NCBI RefSeq assembly: GCF_036321535.1
Contig: NC_087436.1
Span: 76,324,001-76,388,000, forward strand
Length of the DNA stretch: 64,000 nucleotides
DNA from: Camelus dromedarius
Lineage: Eukaryota
Direction: 5' to 3'
Program-made: the position numbers and the translations under genes
Part shown: positions 28,401-41,959 of the stretch, one piece after another
How the letters are laid out: every line of letters starts with the position of its first letter
Numbering within the stretch: position 1 is the stretch's first letter
Notes under the pieces: generated by a model
Told to the model about the DNA's origin: nothing
The model's database searches: none
What the model saw: only the letters and a program-made list of their open reading frames with translations

Positions 28401-30704
28401 CTAAGTATATTTCATTCAACCTGAAGTGTATTTCAGTTATTCAATAAAGATAAAATGTAATACAGCAAAAATGTGCTAATTTAAAAAATTATAATTCCTG
28501 TGATTATTGTCATTAATTTTATTCATTTAACCTTGTTTGTTTTCAGAATTTAAAGAGGCATGTCATGTCTCTTCTTTATGATGAGACTGACTATTCTTCT
28601 AGCTGGTCAAGAAACAAAGGGGTTGGTTAAGGTTAATGAGGATTAAATCCTAGAGAGAGGCTCAGGAGTCATCTTGGGAGTAAGTAATTTACCTTTCTTT
28701 TATCTTGCTAATTTCCATTACAGCATTAAGGCAGTAATTCCAAACTTTTTCATTACCAGGGGCTATTTTTCCACTTTTTCTTCTATAGATCACTTTTTAT
28801 AAAATTTTATTTGTCTTTATTATAAAACCCAACTTTTAATAGTTTTTTTATAAATAAAAACTCTAATGGAGACAACTTAGAAGATTCAATGAAAATGTAA
28901 AGAAGAAACTTAGAGCTCATCCTGTAATTGCACAACCTAGAAATAACCACTATTAACAGATAACGTATTTCTTGTCAGAGTTACTTTATGTATAGATTAT
29001 GTTTTTTTCCTAAAATTGAGATAATGTAAATATGATTTTGCATGTTTTTTTCTTATGATTATATGCTGAACATTTTATATTTTATTAAATGTTTCAAAAC
29101 CAGTATTTTTACTGATTACTTAACATTTACTTCAATACCTCAAAACTGCTGGACATCTGTATTGATTTAAAACTTTCATTTATTATAATAAGATGCACTG
29201 CAGTGAATATGGGTCTCATGTTTTGAAAAGTTTGGTCTATAAAATAAAATGAATTTGTCAACAAATAATTCAGATGCCATACCACTTAAAAGTTAATCAA
29301 AATCATAGTAACTGCCATCCAGATTTTCAAATCAACGTTAGGAATCAGTGTTGTCGCTCTGAGTTAGTAACATTTCATGTAAAGTGGAAAGGAAATGTTA
29401 TGTTTATTTGTTACTATGTAATTTGTCAGGAAAGCTCATGATCTACCTTCCATGTGTTGTCAAAAGAGAAGCAGCCCTGAGACCTACAAACTGACAGCTA
29501 CTATGCTAGCAGATGATACTTAGTCACACTTTACAAGGATCAGTAGAATTAATGGTTGCTATTACTCTCCCTACCTTAAGAAAAATAAAATGCGTTTTTC
29601 CAAAGAGGTGAGTGTGACTGTATAAACCACAGCAGTAAGGAGAGTAAGCACTGAGGAACTTTTTGAAAGATAGACAGATATGTAGATTACTGGATATGCC
29701 CTTCAGGATGGGACATTTATTGGTGGGAAGAACTGTGTCCTGCCCGAGGTCAGAACTATGACATGTTGCTCCTTTGTATGCTGCCTCTGTTTCCTGAAGC
29801 TTTCTCAGTGTTTGGTTGGTTTGCTTAATAGTTTGTGGTTTAGCATTGTGGTAGCTTCTTTGTTTTACTGAGATCAGTGCATTGTCTCTGTTTTTCATAC
29901 TTTTATTTTTTATTGTGTTGTATGTGTGTATATATGTGATTTACCTTTCTGTTTGTAACTTGTTTTTAGTGTTTCTAATAAGATTGAGCAAGTGTGTTAG
30001 TATATATTCCTTAAGACTTTTTAAAATGTAAATAATAAATTGGCTTATCATAGCTGGTATGGTTATAATGTCTATATATCTGGTCCTTATAGACACTTGA
30101 GTTTGCAATTCCTGGTTTAAGATGGAGCATGGTTGAGAAAAGAAGGGGGGCGTGCGTGGTGAATTTGCCACTGCGGGGTGCAAGAGAGTGAAGGGGGAAG
30201 AAGTGGTGAGGGCCGCGTTGCACTGGAAATAAAGTGCTTTTCTGTGTGCAACACTGGCTGTAAGAACACTGAGGGAGTCTGTTGCCACCTTCAGCTTACT
30301 CTGCAATTCCTTCATGGCCACAGTGCTTTACTCTCCTGTAAGTAACTTGACATATTCCTTCAAACTTGACTAATAATCAGAAAAAAATGTGGAAGAAGAA
30401 GGAGAAGGAAGAGATGGAGACGGAGAAGAATAAGAAATAAGAAGAAGAAGGAGAAGGAGGAGAAGGGGGAGGGGAGAATAGCATATGCAAAGCAAATGAA
30501 GCAGTTATATTAGATGAGATCATTAGCATAAAGGGCTTAGAAATGTGTCTGCAAATAGCAAACGTTCAATAAGTGTTAGACGTACATCACGAAAGTAATC
30601 ATCCAAAGAGACACAGATAATTATCTGACAAATAATTGTCTATACTCTCAAAGAAATTACAACTCTCTCTTAGACAGGTAGATAGACAGATGGACAGATG
30701 TTGC

Positions 30705-31030
30705 TGCTCTGGCTTGAATATTTGTGTTTCCCTCCAAATTCATGTGTTGAAATCCTAACGCCCAATGTGATGTATTAGGTATTAGGAGGCAGGACATTTG
30801 GGACCTTTTATTACTGCCCTTATAAAAGAGACCCCAGAGAACTCTGGCTCCTTCCCTTTCTGCCGTGTGAGGAAACAGTCTTGCAACCCAGAAGAGGAGC
30901 CTCATCTGACCATGTTGGCACCCTGATTTGGGACTTCCAGTTTCTGAAACGGTGAGAAATAAATTTCTGTTGTGTATAAGCTACCCAGTCTATGATTTTT
31001 TTTTAATAGCATCCTGAATAGACTAAGGTA
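30705..31030 (+). mobile_element. MaLR solo LTR (MLT1A-like)
   Basis: ccaaattcatgtgttgaaatcctaac...gagaaataaatttctgttg...aatagactaag. Confidence 0.85.
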
Positions 31031-31134
31031 TATATCTTATATATACATACCCACACAGAGAAACAGTTGAAAAAGGAGACACAATGATACAAAGAAAATT
31101 AAGTAGCAACAAAAAGAAACTAAAAGTTATGAGG

Positions 31135-31902
31135 CATTAGTGTCCTCTTTTTTCTCTTTTTCTTAGATTCCATGTGTAAGTAATATCATATGGTATTTTT
31201 CTTTCTCTTTCTGGCTTACTTCACTTAGAATAATCTCTAGGTCCATCCATGTTGCTGCAAATGGCATTATTTTATTCTTTTTTATGGTTGAGTACTATTA
31301 TCCCATTGTATATATATGTACCACAACTTCTTTCTCCAGTCATCCATTGATGACATTTAGGTTGCTTCCATGTCTTGGCTATTGTATATAGTGCTGCTCT
31401 GAACATTGGGGTGCTTGTATCTTTTTGAATTAGAGTTCCCTCCGGGTATATGACCAGGAGTGAAAAAAAGAAAAAAAGAGGACACTAATGAAATCATCTA
31501 CAAAACAGAAACAGACTTGCAGACATAGTAAACAATCTGATGGTTGCTGGGGCAAAGAGGGTGGGAAGGGGTAAAGTTGGAAGTTTGAGATTTGCAAATG
31601 TTAGCCACTATATATAAAAATAGATTAAAAAACAAATTTCTTCTGCATAGTACAAGGAACTATATTCAATATCTTGTAATAACAATTAATGAAAAAGAAT
31701 ATGAAAATGAATATATATGCATGACTAGGACACTGTACTGTACACTAGAAATTGACCCACTGTAACTGACTGTAATTCAATTTAAAAAAAAAAGTTAAAA
31801 TCAAAGTAAATATGATAAACATGGTAGTTTCTATTCTCAATACTCAAGGATGAAAGACTAAACAACAGAAAAGTAACATTAAAATTCACTAAATGCAAAA
31901 AA
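31135..31902 (+). mobile_element. Young camelid-type L1, 5'-inverted, with probable 3' transduction
   Basis: Antisense segment 31135-31462, sense 3'UTR 31463-31793, extra 103 bp, second poly(A), TSD AAAAGTTATGA. Confidence 0.85.
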
Positions 31903-31916
31903 AAAAGTTATGAAGG

Positions 31917-33130
31917 AGAGCTTAAAATAGAAATGGAAGTCAAAGTAAATGTGAGTAGAGACATGAATCTATGTTGGAAGCAACAAAAACTAGAATAAAT
32001 GTGACTTAAAGAAAGGTATGACACAAAGCATGGATGGGCTTGGAAGAACTCATTCAAAACAAAATTGAGACAAGAATTCTCTACTACCATGAGCTATACT
32101 GGAAGCACCGAAAGCTAAATAAACATTAATAAATAATGTCAGGGACACAAATAGGCTTGGAGGGAATAGGCGAGAGAAAATTACTCAAAACACACTAGGA
32201 AAGAATAAGAACATGAAAATGACTATCAAGTTGATAAAAGAAATAAAAATTCATCAGTAGGGATCCAACAAATGCATAGTTGGTACCCCAAAAGAACAAA
32301 ATAAATTAAATAAACAAATAATTTTCTTTTTTTTATGAAAAGAATTTAATTTGCAGATAAAACAGCATACAGTGCCCTTGGGACAAACTGATATCTAATG
32401 TTAAGTACCAAAATGTATTTTGGTGAGTTTAGTAACCTAAGTGAATAAAGAAAGAAGTCCTAAGAGCATCCTGGCAGGTGGGAAGTTACAAAGCAAATTA
32501 GACAAGACAAAAGAATATGATTGGTCTGAGACTCCACTCAATGCCCCATTCAGTGCCAGAAGACAAAGAAGCAAAAAGTTTAGAGGAAAAGAAATTATGA
32601 CTCAAGAACTTTATATCTAGCCCAATTGTCCTTCAAGTTTAAATGAGAAAAGAGATGTTATCAAGAATGCAAAAACTTAGAACAAGGAGCCTGTTATTAA
32701 AATTGAAAAAAAAAAAAACAACAGAAAAAGGAGTATGCTTCTATGCCAAAATTCAGCCAGCCAAAAGATAGATGAAAGAAATACTTCAGGAATGGAGATC
32801 CTGTGATCAATTCACTGATGAAAATTAAGGGAATTATGTACAAGCTATAAAATTTGGCAATGTAAAACTAATAATGCACCTAACAAACAGTTGGGATGAG
32901 ACTAGGAAGTGAAAAGCAGTTCTCTCCTAACACCGAGTCAAAAGATACTGCTTGAAGCTGAATCTTGTAGTTAAAACAAAACAAACATCAACTCTAATAA
33001 CCTCTTGCATAATAATCTCTGGAGAAATATTTTGGAAATTGAAGTAATTTGTTGTAGAGAAAGTAGAGAAACATCTGAATTTCATCAGTCTCTCCCATTT
33101 TGCTTAATTATTTTTCCTTTGCAATTCAAA
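31917..33130 (+). mobile_element. Old L1/HAL1 ORF1-like remnant (also ~31040-31134)
   Basis: A-rich sense ORF1-like sequence (cagtgccagaagacaa, aagaactttatatctagcc). Confidence 0.6.
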
Positions 33131-33147
33131 TAAAATGAATTTCATAC

Positions 33148-33994
33148 TGACCAAGTGCTCACAGTCACCCAGTTCTTACCCTCTGCTTTGTCTTGATTAA
33201 ACTTTATTCAGGCTTCTATCCTTCTTGTCAGTTCTGCTTATCTCCAAGCCTGAGCTAGCATGAAAACCAGGACCAGCTCCTGTGTCAGCTTATTCTAAGA
33301 CCCAGTTGACCACAGTGCGGTACTTTTCCTATCAGACCCCCTGGTCATTTCCCCTTGCTTGCCTAACTTCCTCTTAAAAGTTTCTGCTAAACTTTCCTTA
33401 CCTCTTGTATTCATTTCTTAGGCATGCCATAACAAATTACCATCAACTGTCTTACAACAACAGTGATTTATTCTCTTAGAGTTGTGGAGGCTCAAAGTTG
33501 GAAAGGTCTTGAAGATGTCAGCAATGCCTTGTTCCCTCTGAGACGCTGGGTACCATCCTTCCCTGCCTCTTCCTAGCTTCCAGGGATGGCCATTATCATT
33601 GGCATCTCTTGATTTATAGCTTCATCTCTCCATTCTCTGCCTGCACCTTCACTCTGCATTCTTCCCTCTTATCTTCACATGGTCTTTGTGTAGTCATACT
33701 GGATTGAGGATCCAGCCTACTCCAGTAAGACTTCAACTTAACTATTTGTGATGGTTCTATTTCCAAATAAGGTCACATTCAGAGGTACTGGGGATTTGGA
33801 TTTCAACATATCTTTTTGGGAGACACAATTCAACTCATAACACCTCTTCTTACCTTCCAAAAGAAAAGAATTTTTTCTGTTTGATGTTGAGATGCTTGAA
33901 GATTTCTGAGATTGAAAGATTCTCCCTATTTCAGTAGTCTTTCTTCTGAACAAAACTTCTCATTATCTAAATCCAGATTTGTTTTTATTTGACA
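33148..33994 (+). mobile_element. ERV LTR (MER110-like) interrupted by MLT1
   Basis: Ends ttctccctatt...atccagatttgtttttatttgaca; TSD-like ATAC/ATAT. Confidence 0.6.
33406..33842 (-). mobile_element. MaLR solo LTR (MLT1C/D-like)
   Basis: TG...CA ends, ccaaataaggtcacattcagaggtactgggg, perfect 5-bp TSD CCTCT. Confidence 0.9.
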
Positions 33995-35749
33995 ATATTT
34001 TATGATAATATAGTATGGTTCCATGTTTAAGTAAAAATTTCTCTATCACCTTTCTGTTAATCCACATAGGATTCATGCTCAGTAAAAGTTGATGATTTGG
34101 GAAGTTTTTCTGTTTTCACTGATGCCATGTGTCATTTTTACAGAAAACATAAAAGTTATTTTTTGGAATAAAACTTTCATGAAAAAACAAGTATTTTTTT
34201 CTCTTTCTTACATAAAAGACACAAAGAAAGACAGCTGGTGGAGAAATGCTTAGCAAGTAACTGGCAATATAAAACTGGAGCCTACATCTTAATTGGCTAA
34301 TTCAGACAGGGCTGACTTTAAAATTAGACACTATTCATATGAAAATTAAAAATTCAGCCAATCATCCCTATGATTGACTTTGGTTTAATAACACCAAACC
34401 AAAATCTGTGAGTCTACTAATCTACACTGATAGAAGGCATAAGAATATTTTACTCTTTGTCCAAATATTAGTTATTATATAAGCTTTTGGTTTTAAAATG
34501 ATTTCCTTTAGAATTTATAATATATTGTGAGAAGTCAAGTTAGAATACAGAAAACTTGATGAGTAGCCCAGAAATAAGCCTTTAACATACAGTATTTAGA
34601 ATGAGGTTATATTAAACATATCATTAAAACACAGGTCACTGAAGGTGTGCAGGATTATTTTACAGCCAACAATTTTGATGAAACCAGAATCCTCAAATTT
34701 CAACATTTTCTATTCAGATAAATGACAACAAATTTCAAAAGTGAAAGAATTGAAGCCAATAATTGATCTTCAATGAATCATCCTATTCAGAGAATGGTAG
34801 AAATGAAGATAATGAAGCCACTGAGATAGCACTGAAATAAATTAAATTCTATACCTAGAGTTAGGGGTAACTTGGAGTAACATGAGTAACTGTTGGAGTA
34901 ACAAGAGTTTAATATCATGGAAATCTCTATAGATAAGAAATACCTATGGTGGTTATTGAGAAGGAGAAATAATGAGAAGGAGAGCTCTGCAATTAATCAC
35001 AAGAAATCAGGGGATGCGTTTAGAGTCAGACAAATACCATATCTGCCCCTTAATATTTGTGTAACCTCCCTGGCTGTTTCCTAACAGTAAACTGCAGATA
35101 ATGACAAGTAATCCTCCAGGTTGTTGTAAGGACTAAGAAAGAGATAGCATATATTACATCCTTAGTACATTGTTTAATTCATAGTAGATATTAATCTTTC
35201 TCTAATTTCCTCTCCTCCATACAATTGAGTTTCTATCCACTGGATCATAGGTTAGATTGACTTGATTAAATTACAACTCCAAGTTCAGAATCAATTCAGC
35301 AATCTCATTCAGAAAACAGCCTGAACTACATATTTGTTTTAAAATTGTAGTCTTTCAAAGAAATTGCTATTGAAGTTATTTTTACTCTCAAATGCATCTG
35401 TGCCTTTCTCAGTCAAAATGTGGGTTTTTCTACACGTATGAATTTATTATTTAACATCTTCGCATAAAGATATTTCCTCTGGATTAAACCTATGAATGAA
35501 CAATACTTTAATTAATGCATATTTTAAAAAGTAGCCTTTGTATTCCTAACCATAGTGCAGATGACTATCTCTTGTCATGCAAATCAAAGAGCTAGTACTT
35601 TGAGTTGTAACCTGAGTTTTTTACATATTATGCAATGGTGATGACTAGTGGCTTATTTATGAAGAAAACAACTTAAAATGTGTGTTTTGCATGATAGAGC
35701 AAGAATTCTAGTACTTATCTGCCCAGAATGACATTATCTTGCAACATTA

Positions 35750-36380
35750 TACTTCATTCATTCATGCATTCATTCACTCATCTGCACAATCACCATATTT
35801 ATTGCCTACTACTCTGTGCCTCATGCTGTGCTAGACATCGGTCCCAACACACAGTTCCACACTCTAGACAAATGTCATGTTCAAGACACTGAAGGAAGGT
35901 TGTACGTCTAGAAGACAGAGAACAGGGGCTCTAAGTGGGAGATGAGGCAGGACCGGATCATGTTAAGCTTTGAAGGTCATGTTGAAAATGTTGGTATTTA
36001 TCCTGAGAACAGTGAAAAAGAAGTGAAGAGAAATGATTAAATTTGAATTTTAACATGCGTATCACTCTGGTTCTAAAGTGATGACCAAGGATAAGAGGAT
36101 CATAGTTATGATGCTATTGAAGTAAGTATCTGGTGAGAAACAGTGGTAGTTCCAAGTAGGGTACTGGTAGCAGAGCTGGAAAAAATGTGAATGGATTTAA
36201 GAAGTGTTTATGGTATAAGATGGGCAAGATTTTGTGAAAATATGGGTATAATCTAGCCAGCAGTGAGATTCATGGTAAAATGAGGGAGATATGTCAAATA
36301 AGATTGTTAGATTTCTGGATTCCAAAACTACATAGTGACACCACTGACAGTGATGGAAAACATTGCAAAAGGATAATGTT
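35750..36380 (-). mobile_element. L2 fragment
   Basis: (ttca)n tail, atttattgcctactactctgtgcc, ggtatttatcctgagaacagtg. Confidence 0.65.
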
Positions 36381-39300
36381 AGGGAATAAAGCTATTGGAT
36401 TGGGTACAATCCGTTTATTTGTCTTTCTCCCATACCCAAAGTTTGTAATACTTTGTTGCTTCAATCATTTTTTGCTAGATTTTTGACCTATTATAAAAAT
36501 AATCTAGTCCATTGCTGTAACAAAAGGAAAGAAAGAGAAATATAGGAAAAAAATTATTTTTTATCAATTTAAATAAAACAATTATAAAAAATGTTGGCTA
36601 GATGGCATATGAATAGTTTACTTGAGATTTAAGTTCTTATGAGAGTATATTTGTTTTTAATCTAACTTTTTGAAAGGAGTCTAAAGTGTAAATCAAGGAT
36701 AAATTTAAGATGTAACTGCTAAAAGTTAGAAAAAATTCTAGTTAACCTTAGCATTGCAAGAAATCATTATATTAGAATTTTCCAGTCAATTGGAGCAAAG
36801 AGGGCCTAACCTGACTTATCTTCAGAGCTTCCCTATTTATTCAAGTTTATGAGTCACATCATATATGAATGCAGCAGGCATTCTGAGAGGTTGTTGTGAT
36901 TGTTTCAGGAGAGTGATGACATAGTGGGACACACAAAGATATTTTTCTAGGTTATGTAACATGAGACAATTTACCCTTTGGGAGTTTAAGTGGCAGACAA
37001 GACCCCTGCTAATATTTCACTGTTTAATAGCTCCAGCTTTATTGGGTAATACTGAGCTTTCCAAATAAGATACTTTATACACAGTGGTTCTTAATGTAAT
37101 CACAAAATATGTCATTAAGGAAATGTGCTGTGTCTTGAATAAAGGAAATTCAGACAAAAATACAGATGAAACAAATCATATAATCAGCTTTCTTCTGTTT
37201 TATGGCTGACCAGAGTTTGAGTAATTTGATTGATCCTTTAGCTATAAATAAAGACTAACAGAAAATGGATTCAGTGATAGGTATAATTCTTCAAAACATG
37301 CAATGTTTGCAGTGGTTAAAGTTAGTGCCTTCAGAATTCTAGACTTAGATTCTTTTTCTCTGTGTCTCATACCTGACTTAAAATATGGCCAACTTTCTGA
37401 CAGGTATTCAGTTCTAGAATGTGGTACAGGGCATAGGAGGTGGGATAGCTATGTGTTACTTCAGATCCACTGTTGATATGCTGAGCAATATTAATATTAT
37501 TTTTAAAAATTTAAATTAGAAGAGTTTCTTAGGAGCCATTTTAGAATCTCAGATATTATTTCTGTTGAAGAATGAATATACAAACTTTAAATATGAGGAA
37601 AATATTCATTTTTCACTCATCCATCATTTTTCTTTTAATTGAACACCTATTCTTTGCCAAACTCTACTCTAAGGGAACAAAAAGGAAAAAATGGGAGCGA
37701 TCCTACCTTAAAGAAGCTTATAGTCTAGTAGACAAAAGAGACAATCAAACACATAATTATGCTGTAATTTATTGATTGCCCTTGAAGACATGTACAACAT
37801 TTTATGGCCACGCCAAAGAAGTAGCCCCAAATTCAGCCTGGGGGGTAGCATATATTAGCTACAGTTGCATGTGATAGTATTCCAACTCAGGCTTAGCCAA
37901 ACCTGGGTATCTTTGCTCACACAACTGAGCAACTGCCCTTGCTCTACTTGGGACGGAGGACTTCTGTCAAGTACTGGAAACTGTGGGGAGATGGAGATGG
38001 GATAATGCCTTCTATATTAGAGGACTTGAAGGACCAGAATGTCTCACCTCAGTCATTTTCTTCGCCTGCTGAGAATCAGTTTTAGAGCCCAGAAGCAAGA
38101 GATGGAAAGGCCAAGAGCCAGAAGTCCCTTCGAGGAGCTGAGGCTCGAGACGCTGCGCTGACTGTGCCCTGGCTTGGGTGGTCGAATCAAAGAGGTTATG
38201 AGAGCCGGCACTCAGGCAGACAGCTCTCAAATCTGGCTGCAGGTAAGAGTCATTTTCATAATTTAAAAAAGTCAACAAATTAAATCAAACTTTTTGGTGA
38301 TGGAGCTCCAGTTTGGATATTTCAAAGTGTTCTTTGGATGTGGAAAGGAAAAGAAATCTTGTGGTTTTTCTAGTCCCCAGTGGTGCAAGGACTACTTGCC
38401 TACAGAGAAAAGGGTACAAGAGAGATGGTGTAAAGAACAGGGAGCAAAGCAAATGGCATTCCTGTGAATCGACCACTCCTCATCATTTTTGCTATAAGTC
38501 AGTGACCTCAGCATGAAGGCTGGAGCAACCAGGCAATGACCAGAGGCGAAGGGCTTGGGGAGATGGTATTTCATGAGACACCTTTAAGAAATAACATTGA
38601 TTATTCTGTTGCCTTTGGTTATATCCCCAGTCTGATGTAGCCCCAGGGAGAGTAGCTGTCACAGTTTTACATTTGTTTGCTTATACTGCACGATAGTGCA
38701 TTCTCCAAAGTTAAAGTGTCTCATACATCTTTGTCATCCCACTGCCTAGTGGACACAATACCTGGCACATACTGGACATTCAGTAAATGACAGCTGGATT
38801 AATGAGTCTAGTGAGGTCATAGCACTGTCTCAGGTTTTCTATCTTGTAGTTATTTGGATCTATTGGAAAACCGGTAGTATTTTCTATTTGTGAAAATGGA
38901 AGTACTTATCAAAAACTGTACTTCTGTAATATTTCTGCTTTAAGACGCAGCAACTCAGTAGCAAGTTATAACTCAAGATTGACCAGAAAATCTCTGGGAA
39001 TAAAAACAATAAAATTAATGTCTATGCTTATTCATTTAAAGAAGCAAACCAAAAAACCTCCAGCTCAACAAATTTTTCTGTTGCTTTTTAAAAAATTGGC
39101 CCTGTGATTACATTCTAGAGGAGAATAAACAGGAATGATGTCTTTTCATATCGTTTATAGATTCTGGTTAAAACATGCATGAAAAATAATAACCTCTGAA
39201 ATACCAGCACATTAGGAGGTCAAGTTTAAAATGTCATATTTGTTGGATATTTGACATGTTTTGTTTTCTGTCAGCTGGTATTTATATTTTAAAATGTCTG

Positions 39301-40637
39301 TTTTTATAGCAGGTCTAACATTGAATGCATTGTTTCTTGCTGAGTGTTCCACATTTTCTCCTGTAATAAAGGTTCTGGATGCAGACAAGGGCAATTCTTT
39401 TGAGGACACATAAGGCATAGCTTGTGATACAGTTACTTGTCCAAAGAGTTCTTGGCTCTGTAGTGTTGACAATAACAGAAATGGATTTGGACATCCCAAA
39501 CCCAGTCAGATATGACTAGGGAGACAATGAAAGGAACAGATGGGTATCTTTACAAAGCAACAGTTTCAGAGCCACACTTGGGGTCGTGCCCATTTTTTCG
39601 GAAGATGTGAGAAAGGGAATAGACAAGGGTCAGGGAGAAGGACTTAAATCTCTCTCTGATGAAAAACTCTCACTTAAGAGTCCTAAAGATTCTGGAAATG
39701 GAAATGCATATTATTCAGGTTTATTATGCAAGGAATATTGAAAATTTAAACTATTGCTTTATGGATAATATACCTCATTGAAAGACATACAAACTAACTA
39801 GCTTTCGAGAGTATATTGCAGTACATAAAATGCAAGTTCTTCATCATTAGGGTATGTTTTCCTAGAAACGAAGACGAGAATAATTGAAGCAGCATAGTGA
39901 ACCCTGTGTCCTAAGACTTCTTTGGGGACGTTCTAATGAGAATCCTACCGTGGGTCATTCAGTCTCTCCCCTTTGTTTTTCTCCTCTGTTGTTCTCTGAT
40001 TGTTCCTAATCAGCCAGATTTTCATTTCAATGCAGCTAAACGAGTATGCCATTATAACTGAGGCGTGGTGAGTGAATTTCACTTGGTCTATAGTTTACTG
40101 GTTTCAAACATTTTCAGGGTAGCAAATGTTACCATGTTTCTAGGGAAGTATTTTTTTAAGTTGCCTGTTGAAAACAAAATACCTCTGAACCTTGTTCTTT
40201 GAGGAATAGGACATTTTAATAAAAATCAGAAGGGATATATAGATCTGGAGAAGAGCAAACAAACTATTTAGAAATTGTCAATATAAGGACCATTTGTAAG
40301 TTATATGTTACATAAGAAGTGTGATCCAGGACGTGGTACTGGAAGTTACTTAAATCAGCTCTGGGCAGTTGATAACCATAAAAAAGGAAAATTAAAAAAA
40401 AAATTTATTGTGGTAAAATACACATAATGTTAAATTTCCCATTTTAACTATTTTTAAGTGTACAATCAGTGGCATTAAGTACATTCACATAATTGTACAA
40501 CTGTCATTACTGTACATTTCCAGAACTTTTAGCCTTTTCTGTATACAACTTACTACCACTACTAGATTATAAAGTCTTGGAAGGGAGGTACCATGTAGTT
40601 CCCACTTTTATATTTCCCATGGTGCCTACCATAGGGG

Positions 40638-41115
40638 TATTGACTAAAATAAATGCGCAGCCTAAAAGTTAAGAGTTATGTTTTATTTGGCGGGAGGACT
40701 CAAGCCAGGATGACAGCCTCTCAGATTGCTCTGAGGGACTGCTTCTAAGAGGTAGGGAAGGAGCTAGGATATATAGGAGCTTTACAACAAAGACCAGGTA
40801 ATTGGAACAATAAAGATCACTTGTTATCTAAAGAAAACCAGGCATCTCAAGTTAAAAAATTTAGTGCTTTTCTATGTATGGGAGGAAGCAAACATTTGGG
40901 CTCATTGAATTCATTCCTTTGACAAGCACCTAGCTATCTAGGGCCAGTATCCTGTCCTTTCTTATTCTGAGTCCCCTCAGAGTGCACCATTGTGAGTGGC
41001 TGCAGAGGCTGGGCTGCAGGCTTGTCTTTACTGGGGGGTGGCGGCAGCCACTGATGACTTGATGGTTTCAGCATTCATTGTCCACCGATATGGTCTGCAG
41101 TATTTTTCGTTCACA
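40638..41115 (-). mobile_element. Young ERV1-class solo LTR (MER41-related, lineage-specific) inserted in an L2 tail
   Basis: 478 bp, T(A)TTGAC...TTCACA termini, 4-bp TSD GGGG, minus-strand AATAAA at ~40682 and TATA-like element at ~40769. Confidence 0.8.
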
Positions 41116-41959
41116 GGGGGAATTTAACAAATATTATGGATTGATTCATTGATAAGTTTTATTATATGACCAGACTAAGGCTGGTAATCTGATTTTTATG
41201 AGAGATTATTACTACAAGGATAAACCCTCTTTATTCAGAAATTTTTCTTGTGGTCAGTGAGAAGAAACTAAAGGTTAGAAAAGAAAACTCACATATGAAT
41301 TAGCTATTGTAAACTGAACTAAGCATGAAACTAGAAAAAAAGACAAAGGGTAACTAAAAATTGATTTTGGAATAAATGGTAGGCATTATGGACTGGATAT
41401 AAGGGCTTTTAAAAATAAGGAAATTTGATAAATATGACTGAGGTACAGTTATTTTTAGAATGCAGTAGGGTTAAGTGAAGGAAACTAATGAAAAGCTATG
41501 CATAGAACGAGAAATACTAAAAACCGAAGTAAGTAGTTATTATACTTTCTGAAAAATTATAACGCAGTAACTGATTTCTAAGACAGGTTAATGACATACT
41601 TCTCAGACCTTTAAATCTCACCAAGAATCCCATTTATCACCCCTAACTAGTGAAGATAACATCTGCTTTTTAAGACGAAAGAATGATATTCATCCTGTGA
41701 AAGGGGAAAACACCATAAACATAGTCGTATTTTACATCTCTAATTTTGTCTGCCTAGAAAAAGTGTAGAGATCCTTTGACAGCTCCTAGGAAGACCTAGC
41801 AGCCCGGTGGGTGAAAAGATCACCAGACAAGAGAAGGGAATCCAGTAGAACGGGTCCAAGACAGACTATAGGTGTTCGGACCTTAAATGCCACGCTACTT
41901 AGCGTATCTGTGAAATGGTGCAATTAGCACATCTAAAGCGGTAAGGTGAAATGGTCAGA

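Noticed and set aside
9990..28690. Isolated strong plus-strand donors (e.g. ~10025, ~20010, ~20715, ~28680)
   Set aside because: No promoter or coherent exon chain; such motifs are expected by chance.
29524..30321. 124-aa and 126-aa minus-strand ORFs and a small CpG patch at ~30150-30220
   Set aside because: No recognisable homology or exon structure; length is compatible with chance.
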